64,000 bases of DNA from NCBI RefSeq assembly GCF_964204645.1, contig NW_027437469.1:14001-78000 (forward strand). The letters are read 5' to 3'. The position numbers and the translations under genes are program-made. The notes under the pieces are model-generated. The model was given only the letters and a program-made list of their open reading frames with translations, made no database searches and had not been told where the DNA came from. Below are positions 22,714 through 34,700 of this stretch, in pieces. The first letter of the stretch is position 1; each line of letters starts with the position of its first letter. The DNA comes from Tubulanus polymorphus. Its lineage: Eukaryota; Animalia; Nemertea.

Positions 22714-25700
22714 CGGCCCGAAAACGTCGTTCAGCGCGAGAAAAGACGTTTTCGTATCAAATATTCCCCCTATCGGAAAAACCACAGTGTCGATGCGTAA
22801 AAGCGCTCAAATCGTCAGGCAAAGCACTTTTCGGCCCGAAAATGTCGTTCAGCGCGAGAAAAGACGTTTTCGTATCAAATATTCTCCCTATCGGAAAAAC
22901 GTCAACGTCGATGCGTAAAAGCGCTCAAATCGTCAGGAAAAGCACTTTTCGACGCGAAAACGTCGTTCGGCGTGAGAAAAGACGTTTTCGTATCAAATAT
23001 TCCCCCTATCGAAAGAACGACAATGTCGATGCGTAAAAGCGCTCAAATCGTCAGGAAAAGCACTTTTCAACGCGAAAACGTCGTCGTTCAGCGCGAGAAA
23101 AGACGTTTTCGTATCAAATATTCCCCCTATCGGAAAAACGTCAATGTCGATGCGTAAAAGCGCTCAAATCGTCAGGAAAAGCACTTTTCGACGCGAAAAC
23201 GTCGTTCGGCGCGAGAAAAGATGTTTTCGTATCAAATATTCCCCCTATCGAAAGAACGACAATGTCGATGCGTAAAAGCGCTCAAATCGTCAGGAAAAGC
23301 ACTTTTCAACGCGAAAACGTCGTCGTTCAGCGCGAGAAAAGACGTTTTCGTATCAAATATCCCCCCTATCGGAAAAACGACAATTTCGATGCGTAAAAGC
23401 GCTCAAATCGTCAGAAAAAGCACTTTTCGGACCGAAAACGTCGTTCAGCGCAAGAAAAGACGTTTTCGTATCAAATATTCCCCCTATCGGAAAAACCACA
23501 GTGTCGATGCGTAAAAGCGCTCAAATCGTCAGGCAAAGCACTTTTCGGCCCGAAAATGTCGTTCAGTGCGAGAAAAGCCGTTTTCGTATCAGATATTCCC
23601 CCTATCGGAAAAACGACAATGTCGATGCGTAAAAGCGCTCAAATCGTCAGGAAAAGCACTTTTCGACGCGAAAACGTCGTTCGGCGCGAGAAAAGATGTT
23701 TTCGTATCAAATATTCCCCCTATCGAAAGAACGACAATGTCGATGCGTAAAAGCACTCAAATCGTCAGGAAAAGCACTTTTCAACGCGAAAACGTCGTCG
23801 TTCAGCGCGAGAAAAGACGTTTTCGTATCAAATATTCCCCCTATCGGAAAAACGACAATTTCGATGCGTAAAAGCGCTCAAATCGTCAGAAAAAGCACTT
23901 TTCGGACCGAAAACGTCGTTCAGCTCAAGAAAAGACGTTTTCGTATCAAATATTCCCCCTATCGGAAAAAACCACAGTGTCGATGCGTAAAAGCGCTCAA
24001 ATCGTCAGGAAAAGCACTTTTCGACGCGAAAACGTCGTTCAGCGCGAGAAAAGACGTTTTCGTATCAAATATTCCCCCTATCGGAAAAACGACAATGTCG
24101 ATGCGTAAAAGCGCTCAAATCGTCAGGAAAAGCACTTTTCGACGCGAAAACGTCGTACAGCGCGAGAAAAGACGTTTTCGTATCAAATATTCCCCCTATC
24201 GGAAAAACGACAATGTCGATGCGTAAAAGCGCTCAAATCGTCAGGAAAAGCACTTTTCGGACCAAAAAACGTCGTTCAGCGCGAGAAAAGACGTTTTCGT
24301 ATCAAATATTCCCCCTATCGGAAAAACGACAATGTCGATGCGTAAAAGCGCTCAAATCGTCAGGAAAAGCACTTTTCGACGCGAAAACGTCGTTCGGCGC
24401 GAGAAAAGATGTTTTCGTATCAAATATTCCCCCTATCGAAAGAACGACAATGTCGATGCGTAAAAGCGCTCAAATCGTCAGGAAAAGCACTTTTCGACGC
24501 GAAAACGTCGTTCAGCGCGAGAAAAGACGTTTTCGTATCAAATATTCCCCCTATCGGAAAAACGACAATGTCGATGCGTAAAAGCGCTCAAATCGTCAGG
24601 AAAAGCACTTTTCGACGCGAAAACGTCGTACAGCGCGAGAAAAGACGTTTTCGTATCAAATATTCCCCCTATCGGAAAAACGACAATGTCGATGCGTAAA
24701 AGCGCTCAAATCGTCAGGAAAAGCACTTTTCGGACCAAAAAACGTCGTTCAGCGCGAGAAAAGACGTTTTCGTATCAAATATTCCCCCTATCGGAAAAAC
24801 GACAATGTCGATGCGTAAAAGCGCTCAAATCGTCAGGAAAAGCACTTTTCGACGCGAAAACGTCGTTCAGCGCGAGAAAAGACGTTTTCGTATCAAATAT
24901 TCCCCCTATCGGAAAAACGACAATGTCGATGCGTAAAAGCGCTCAAATCGTCAGGAAAAGCACTTTTCGACGCGAAAACGTCGTACAGCGCGAGAAAAGA
25001 CGTTTTCGTATCAAATATTCCCCCTATCGGAAAAACGACAATGTCGATGCGTAAAAGCGCTCAAATCGTCAGGAAAAGCACTTTTCGACGCGAAAACGTC
25101 GTTCAGCGCGAGAAAAGACGTTTTCGTATCAAATATTCCCCCTATCGGAAAAACGACAATGTCGATGCGTAAAAGCGCTCAAATCGTCAGGAAAAGCACT
25201 TTTCGACGCGAAAACGTCGTTCAGCGCGAGAAAAGACGTTTTCGTATCAAATATTCCCCCTATCGGAAAAACGACAATGTCGATGCGTAAAAGCGCTCAA
25301 ATCGTCAGGAAAAGCACTTTTCGACGCGAAAACGTCGTACAGCGCGAGAAAAGACGTTTTCGTATCAAATATTCCCCCTATCGGAAAAACGACAATGTCG
25401 ATGCGTAAAAGCGCTCAAATCGTCAGGAAAAGCACTTTTCGGCCCGAAAACGTCGTTCAGCGCGAGAAAAGACGTTTTCGTATCAAATATTCCCCCTATC
25501 GGAAAAACCACAGTGTCGATGCGTAAAAGCGCTCAAATCGTCAGGCAAAGCACTTTTCGGCCCGAAAATGTCGTTCAGCGCGAGAAAAGACCTTTTCGTA
25601 TCAAATATTCTCCCTATCGGAAAAACGTCAACGTCGATGCGTAAAAGCGCTCAAATCGTCAGGAAAAGCACTTTTCGACGCGAAAACGTCGTTCGGCGTG

Positions 25701-28700
25701 AGAAAAGACGTTTTCGTATCAAATATTCCCCCTATCGAAAGAACGACAATGTCGATGCGTAAAAGCGCTCAAATCGTCAGGAAAAGCACTTTTCAACGCG
25801 AAAACGTCGTCGTTCAGCGCGAGAAAAGACGTTTTCGTATCAAATATTCCCCCTATCGGAAAAACGACAATGTCGATGCGTAAAAGCGCTCAAATCGTCA
25901 GAAAAAGCACTTTTCGGACCGAAAACGTCGTTCAGCGCAAGAAAAGTCGTTTTCGTATCAAATATTCCCCCTATCGGAAAAACCACAGTGTCGATGCGTA
26001 AAAGCGCTCAAATCGTCAGGAAAAGCACTTTTCGGCCCGAAAACGTCGTTCAGCGCGAGAAAAGACGTTTTCGTATCAAATATTCCCCCTATCGGAAAAA
26101 CCACAGTGTCGATGCGTAAAAGCGCTCAAATCGTCAGGCAAAGCACTTTTCGGGCCGAAAATGTCGTTCAGTGCGAGAAAAGCCGTTTTCGTATCAAATA
26201 TTCCCCCTATCGGAAAAACGTCAATGTCGATGCGTAAAAGCGCTCAAATCGTCAGGAAAAGCACTTTTCGACGCGAAAACGTCGTTCGGCGCGAGAAAAG
26301 ATGTTTTCGTATCAAATATTCCCCCTATCGAAAGAACGACAATGTCGATGCGTAAAAGCGCTCAAATCGTCAGGAAAAGCACTTTTCAACGCGAAAACGT
26401 CGTCGTTCAGCGCGAGAAAAGACGTTTTCGTATCAAATATTCCCCCTATCGGAAAAACGACAATTTCGATGCGTAAAAGCGCTCAAATCGTCAGAAAAAG
26501 CACTTTTCGGACCGAAAACGTCGTTCAGCGCAAGAAAAGACGTTTTCGTATCAAATATTCCCCCTATCGGAAAAACCACAGTGTCGATGCGTAAAAGCGC
26601 TCAAATCGTCAGGCAAAGCACTTTTCGGCCCGAAAATGTCGTTCAGTGCGAGAAAAGCCGTTTTCGTATCAGATATTCCCCCTATCGGAAAAACGACAAT
26701 GTCGATGCGTAAAAGCGCTCAAATCGTCAGGAAAAGCACTTTTCGACGCGAAAACGTCGTTCGGCGCGAGAAAAGATGTTTTCGTATCAAATATTCCCCC
26801 TATCGAAAGAACGACAATGTCGATGCGTAAAAGCACTCAAATCGTCAGGAAAAGCACTTTTCAACGCGAAAACGTCGTCGTTCAGCGCGAGAAAAGACGT
26901 TTTCGTATCAAATATTCCCCCTATCGGAAAAACGACAATTTCGATGCGTAAAAGCGCTCAAATCGTCAGAAAAAGCACTTTTCGGACCGAAAACGTCGTT
27001 CAGCGCAAGAAAAGACGTTTTCGTATCAAATATTCCCCCTATCGGAAAAAACCACAGTGTCGATGCGTAAAAGCGCTCAAATCGTCAGGAAAAGCACTTT
27101 TCGACGCGAAAACGTCGTTCAGCGCGAGAAAAGACGTTTTCGTATCAAATATTCCCCCTATCGGAAAAACGACAATGTCGATGCGTAAAAGCGCTCAAAT
27201 CGTCAGGAAAAGCACTTTTCGACGCGAAAACGTCGTACAGCGCGAGAAAAGACGTTTTCGTATCAAATATTCCCCCTATCGGAAAAACGACAATGTCGAT
27301 GCGTAAAAGCGCTCAAATCGTCAGGAAAAGCACTTTGCGACGCGAAAACGTCGTTCAGCGCGAGAAAAGACGTTTTCGTATCAAATATTCCCCCTATCGG
27401 AAAAACGACAATGTCGATGCGTAAAAGCGCTCAAATCGTCAGGAAAAGCACTTTTCGACGCGAAAACGTCGTACAGCGCGAGAAAAGACGTTTTCGTATC
27501 AAATATTCCCCCTATCGGAAAAACGACAATGTCGATGCGTAAAAGCGCTCAAATCGTCAGGAAAAGCACTTTTCGACGCGAAAACGTCGTTCAGCGCGAG
27601 AAAAGACGTTTTCGTATCGAATATTCCCCCTATCGGAAAAACGACAATGTCGATGCGTAAAAGCGCTCAAATCGTCAGGAAAAGCACTTTTCGACGCGAA
27701 AACGTCGTTCAGCGCGAGAAAAGACGTTTTCGTATCAAATATTCCCCCTATCGGAAAAACGACAATGTCGATGCGTAAAAGCGCTCAAATCGTCAGGAAA
27801 AGCACTTTTCGACGCGAAAACGTCGTTCAGCGCGAGAAAAGACGTTTTCGTATCAAATATTCCCCCTATCGGAAAAACGACAATGTCGATGCGTAAAAGC
27901 GCTCAAATCGTCAGGAAAAGCACTTTTCGACGCGAAAACGTCGTTCAGCGCGAGAAAAGACGTTTTCGTATCAAATATTCCCCCTATCGGAAAAACGACA
28001 ATGTCGATGCGTAAAAGCGCTCAAATCGTCAGGAAAAGCACTTTTCGACGCGAAAACGTCGTTCAGCGCGAGAAAAGACGTTTTCGTATCAAATATTCCC
28101 CCTATCGGAAAAACGACAATGTCGATGCGTAAGAGCGCTCAAATCGTCAGGAAGAGCACTTTTCGACGCGAAAACGTCGTTCAGCGCGAGAAAAGACGTT
28201 TTCGTATCAAATATTCCCCCTATCGGAAAAACGACAATGTCGATGCGTAAAAGCGCTCAAATCGTCAGGAAAAGTACTTTTCGACCCGAAAACGTCGTTC
28301 AGCGCGAGAAAAGACGTTTTCGTATCAAATATTCCCCCTATCGGAAAAACGACAATGTCGATGCGTAAAAGCGCTCAAATCGTCAGGAAAAGCACTTTTC
28401 GACGCGAAAACGTCGTTCAGCGCGAGAAAAGACGTTTTCGTATCAAATATTCCCCCTATCGGAAAAACGACAATGTCGATGCGTAAAAGCGCTCAAATCG
28501 TCAGGAAAAGCACTTTTCGACGCGAAAACGTCGTACAGCGCGAGAAAAGACGTTTTCGTATCAAATATTCCCCCTATCGGAAAAACGACAATGTCGATGC
28601 GTAAAAGCGCTCAAATCGTCAGGAAAAGCACTTTGCGACGCGAAAACGTCGTTCAGCGCGAGAAAAGACGTTTTCGTATCGAATATTCCCCCTATCGGAA

Positions 28701-31700
28701 AAACGACAATGTCGATGCGTAAAAGCGCTCAAATCGTCAGGAAAAGCACTTTTCGACGCGAAAACGTCGTTCAGCGCGAGAAAAGACGTTTTCGTATCAA
28801 ATATTCCCCCGATCGGAAAAACGACAATGTCGATGCGTAAAAGCGCTCAAATCGTCAGGAAAAGCACTTTTCGACGCGAAAACGTCGTTCAGCGCGAGAA
28901 AATACGTTTTCGTATCAAATATTCCCCCTATCGGAAAAACGACAATGTCGATGCGTAAAAGCGCTCAAATCGTCAGGAAAAGCACTTTTCGACGCGAAAA
29001 CGTCGTTCAGCGCGAGAAAAGACGTTTTCGTATCAAATATTCCCCCTATCGGAAAAACGACAGTGTCGATGCGTAAAAGCGCTCAAATCGTCAGGAAAAG
29101 CACTTTTCGGCCCGAAAACGTCGTTCAGCGCGAGAAAAGACGTTTTCGTATCAAATATTCCCCCTATCGGAAAAACGACAGTGTCGATGCGTAAAAGCGC
29201 TCAAATCGTCAGGCAAAGCACTTTTCGGCCCGAAAATGTCGTTCAGCGCGAGAAAAGCCGTTTTCGTATCAAATATTCTCCCTATCGGAAAAACGTCAAC
29301 GTCGATGCGTAAAAGCGCTCAAATCGTCAGGAAAAGCACTTTTCGATGCGAAAACGTCGTTCGGCGTGAGAAAAGACGTTTTCGTATCAAATATTCCCCC
29401 TATCGAAAGAACGACAATGTCGATGCGTAAAAGCGCTCAAATCGTCAGAAAAAGCACTTTTCGGACCGAAAACGTCGTTCAGCGCAAGAAAAGTCGTTTT
29501 CGTATCAAATATTCCCCCTATCGGAAAAACCACAGTGTCGATGCGTAAAAGCGCTCAAATCGTCAGGAAAAGCACTTTTCGGCCCGAAAACGTCGTTCAG
29601 CGCGAGAAAAGACGTTTTCGTATCAAATATTCCCCCTATCGGAAAAACCACAGTGTCGATGCGTAAAAGCGCTCAAATCGTCAGGCAAAGCACTTTTCGG
29701 CCCGAAAATGTCGTTCAGTGCGAGAAAAGCCGTTTTCGTATCAAATATTCCCCCTATCGGAAAAACGTCAATGTCGATGCGTAAAAGCGCTCAAATCGTC
29801 AGGAAAAGCACTTTTCGACGCGAAAACGTCGTTCGGCGCGAGAAAAGATGTTTTCGTATCAAATATTCCCCCTATCGAAAGAACGACAATGTCGATGCGT
29901 AAAAGCGCTCAAATCGTCAGGAAAAGCACTTTTCGGCCCGAAAACGTCGTTCAGTGCGAGAAAAGACGTCTTTGTATCAAATATTCCCCCTATCGGAAAA
30001 ACGACTATGTCGATGCGTAACGGCGCTCAAATCGTCAGGAAAAGCACTTTTCGGCCCGAAAACGTCGTTCATCGCGAGAAAAGACGTTTTCGTATCAAAT
30101 ATTCCCCCTATCGGAAAAACCGACAATGTCGATGCGTAAAAGCGCTCAAATCGTCAGGAAAAGCACTTTTCGACGCGAAAACGTCGTCGTTCAGCGCGAG
30201 AAAAGAAGTTTTCGTATCAAATATTCCCCCTATCGGAAAAACCACAGTGTCGATGCGTAAAAGCGCTCAAATCGTCAGGCAAAGCACTTTTCGACCCGAA
30301 AACGTCGTTCAGCGCGAGAAAAGACGTTTACGTATCAAATATTCCCCCTATCGGAAAAACGACAATGCCGATGCGTAAAAGCGCTCAAATCGTCAGGAAA
30401 AGCACTTTTCGGACCGAAAACGTCGTTCAGCGCGAGACAAGACGTTTTCGTATCAAATATTCCCCCTATCGGAAAAACGACAATGCCGATGCGTAAAAGC
30501 GCTCAAATCGTCAGGAAAAGCACTTTTCGACGCGAAAACGTCGTTCGGCGCGAGAAAAGACGTTTTCGTATCAAATATTCCCCCTATCGAAGGAACGACA
30601 ATGTCGATGCGTAAAAGCGCTCAAATCGTCAGGAAAAGCACTTTTCAACGCGAAAACGTCGTCGTTCAGCGCGAGAAAAGACGTTTTCGTATCAAATATT
30701 CCCCCTATCGGAAAAACGACAATGTCGATGCGTAAAAGCGCTCATATCGTCAGGAAAAGCACTTTTCGGCCCGAAAACGTCGTTCAGCGCGAGAAAAGAC
30801 GTTTTCGTATCAAATATTCCCCCTATCGGAAAAACCAGAGTGTCGATGCGTAAAAGCGCTCAAATCGTCAGGCAAAGCACTTTTCGGCCCGAAAATGTCG
30901 TTCAGCGCGAGAAAAGCCGTTTTCGTATCAAATATTCCCCCTATCGGAAAAACCACAGTGTCGATGCGTAAAAGCGCTCAAATCGTCAGGCAAAGCACTT
31001 TTCGACCCGAAAACGTCGTTCAGCGCGAGAAAAGACGTTTTCGTATCAAATATTCCCCCTATCGGAAAAACGACAGTGTCGATGCGTAAAAGCGCTCAAA
31101 TCGTCAGGAAAAGCACTTTTCGGCCCGAAAACGTCGTTCAGCGCGAGAAAAGACGTCTTCGTATCAAATATTCCCCCTATCGGAAAAAACGACAATGTCG
31201 ATGCGTAAAAGCGCTCAAATCGTCAGGAAAAGCACTTTTCAACGCGAAAACGTCGTCGTTCAGCGCGAGAAAAGACGTTTTCGTATCAAATATTCCCCCT
31301 ATCGGAAAAACGACAATGCCGATGCGTAAAAGCGCTCAAATCGTCAGGAAAAGCACTTTTCGACCCGAAAACGTCATTCAGCGCGAGAAAAGACGTTTTC
31401 GTATCAAATATTCCCCCTATCGGAAAAACGACAATGCCGACGCGTAAAAGCGCTCAAATCGTCAGGAAAAGCACTTTTCGGACCGAAAACGTCGTTCAGC
31501 GCGAGAAAAGACATTTTCGTATCAAATATTCCCCCTATCGGAAAAACGACAATGCCGATGCGTAAAAGCGCTCAAATCGTCAGGAAAAACACTTTTCGGA
31601 CCGAAAACGTCGTTCAGCGCGAGACAAGACGTTTTCGTATCAAATATTCCCCCTATCGGAAAAACGACAATGCCGATGCGTAAAAGCGCTCAAATCGTCA

Positions 31701-34700
31701 GGAAAAGCACTTTTCAGCCCGAAAACGTCGTTCAGTGCGAGAAAAGACGTTTTCGTATCAAATATTCCCCCTATCGGAAAAACGACAATTTCGATGCGTA
31801 AAAGCGCTCAAATCGTCAGAAAAAGCACTTTTCGGACCGAAAACGTCGTTCAGCGCGAGACAAGACGTTTTCGTATCAAATATTCCCCCTATCGGAAAAA
31901 CGACAATGCCGATGCGTAAAAGCGCTCAAATCGTCAGGAAAAGCACTTTTCAGCCCGAAAACGTCGTTCAGTGCGAGAAAAGACGTTTTCGTATCAAATA
32001 TTCCCCCTATCGGAAAAACGACAATTTCGATGCGTAAAAGCGCTCAAATCGTCAGAAAAAGCACTTTTCGGACCGAAAACGTCGTTCAGCGCGAGACAAG
32101 ACGTTTTCGTATCAAATATTCCCCCTATCGGAAAAACGACAATGCCGATGCGTAAAAGCGCTCAAATCGTCAGGAAAAGCACTTTTCAGCCCGAAAACGT
32201 CGTTCAGTGCGAGAAAAGACGTTTTCGTATCAAATATTCCCCCTATCGGAAAAACGACAATTTCGATGCGTAAAAGCGCTCAAATCGTCAGAAAAAGCAC
32301 TTTTCGGACCGAAAACGTCGTTCAGCGCAAGAAAAGACGTTTTCGTATCAAATATTCCCCCTATCGGAAAAACCACAGTGTCGATGCGTAAAAGCGCTCA
32401 AATCGTCAGGCAAAGCACTTTTCGGCCCGAAAATGTCGTTCAGTGCGAGAAAAGCCGTTTTCGTATCAAATATTCCCCCTATCGGAAAAACGTCAATGTC
32501 GATGCGTAAAAGCGCTCAAATCGTCAGGAAAAGCACTTTTCGACGCGAAAACGTCGTTCGGCGCGAGAAAAGACGTTTTCGTATCAAATATTCCCCCTAT
32601 CGGAAAAACGACAATGTCGATGCGTAAAAGCGCTCAAATCGTCAGGAAAAGCACTTTTCGGCCCGAAAACGTCGTTCAGCGCGAGAAAAGTAGTTTTCGT
32701 ATCAAATATTCCCCCTATCGGAAAAACCACAGTGTCGATGCGTAAAAGCGCTCAAATCGTCAGGCAAAGCACTTTTCGGCCCGAAAATGTCGTTCAGCGC
32801 GAGAAAAGCCGTTTTCGTATCAAATATTCTCCCTATCGGAAAAACGTCAACGTCGATGCGTAAAAGCGCTCAAATCGTCAGGAAAAGCACTTTTCGACGC
32901 GAAAACGTCGTTCGGCGTGAGAAAAGACGTTTTCGTATCAAATATTTCCCCTATCGAAAGAACGACAATGTCGATGCGTAAAAGCGCTCAAATCGTCAGG
33001 AAAAGCACTTTTCAACGCGAAAACGTCGTCGTTCAGCGCGAGAAAAGACGTTTTCGTATCAAATATTCCCCCTATCGGAAAAACGACAATGTCGATGCGT
33101 AAAAGCGCTCAAATCGTCAGAAAAAGCACTTTTCGGACCGAAAACGTCGTTCAGCGCAAGAAAAGTCGTTTTCGTATCAAATATTCCCCCTATCGGAAAA
33201 ACCACAGTGTCGATGCGTAAAAGCGCTCAAATCGTCAGGAAAAGCACTTTTCGGCCCGAAAACGTCGTTCAGCGCGAGAAAAGACGTTTTCGTATCAAAT
33301 ATTCCCCCTATCGGAAAAAACCACAGCGTCGATGCGTAAAAGCGCTCAAATCGTCAGGCAAAGCACTTTTCGGCCCGAAAATGTCGTTCAGCGCGAGAAA
33401 AGCCGTTTTCGTATCAAATATTCTCCCTATCGGAAAAACGTCAATGTCGATGCTTAAAAGCGCTCAAATCGTCAGGAGAAGCACTTTTCGACGCGAAAAC
33501 GTCGTTCGGCGCGAGAAAAGACGTTTTCGTATCAAATATTCCCCCTATCGAAAGAACGACAATGTCGATGCGTAAAAGCGCTCAAATCGTCAGGAAAAAC
33601 ACTTTTCAACGCGAAAACGTCGTCGTTCAGCGCGAGAAAAGACGTTTTCGTATCAAATATTCCCCCTATCGGAAAAACGACAATGTCGATGCGTAAAAGC
33701 GCTCAAATCGTCAGGAAAAGCACTTTTCGGCCCGAAAACGTCGTTCAGCGCGAGAAAAGACGTTTTCGTATCAAATATTCCCCCTATCGGAAAAACCACA
33801 GTGTCGATGCGTAAAAGCGCTCAAATCGTCAGGCAAAGCACTTTTCGGCCCGAAAATGTCGTTCAGCGCGAGAAAAGACGTTTTCGTATCAAATATTCTC
33901 CCTATCGGAAAAACGTCAACGTCGATGCGTAAAAGCGCTCAAATCGTCAGGAAAAGCACTTTTCGACGCGAAAACGTCGTTCGGCGTGAGAAAAGACGTT
34001 TTCGTATCAAATATTCCCCCTATCGAAAGAACGACAATGTCGATGCGTAAAAGCGCTCAAATCGTCAGGAAAAGCACTTTTCAACGCGAAAACGTCGTCG
34101 TTCAGCGCGAGAAAAGACGTTTTCGTATCAAATATTCCCCCTATCGGAAAAACGACAATGTCGATGCGTAAAAGCGCTCAAATCGTCAGAAAAAGCACTT
34201 TTCGGACCGAAAACGTCGTTCAGCGCAAGAAAAGTCGTTTTCGTATCAAATATTCCCCCTATCGGAAAAACCACAGTGTCGATGCGTAAAAGCGCTCAAA
34301 TCGTCAGGAAAAGCACTTTTCGGCCCGAAAACGTCGTTCAGCGCGAGAAAAGACGTTTTCGTATCAAATATTCCCCCTATCGGAAAAACCACAGTGTCGA
34401 TGCGTAAAAGCGCTCAAATCGTCAGGCAAAGCACTTTTCGGCCCGAAAATGTCGTTCAGTGCGAGAAAAGCCGTTTTCGTATCAAATATTCCCCCTATCG
34501 GAAAAACGTCAATGTCGATGCGTAAAAGCGCTCAAATCGTCAGGAAAAGCACTTTTCGACGCGAAAACGTCGTTCGGCGCGAGAAAAGATGTTTTCGTAT
34601 CAAATATTCCCCCTATCGAAAGAACGACAATGTCGATGCGTAAAAGCGCTCAAATCGTCAGGAAAAGCACTTTTCAACGCGAAAACGTCGTCGTTCAGCG

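Noticed and set aside
16532-22918. Short antisense or alternative-frame ORFs overlapping the element's genes and A/B repeats
   Set aside because: Shadow ORFs with no recognisable motifs.
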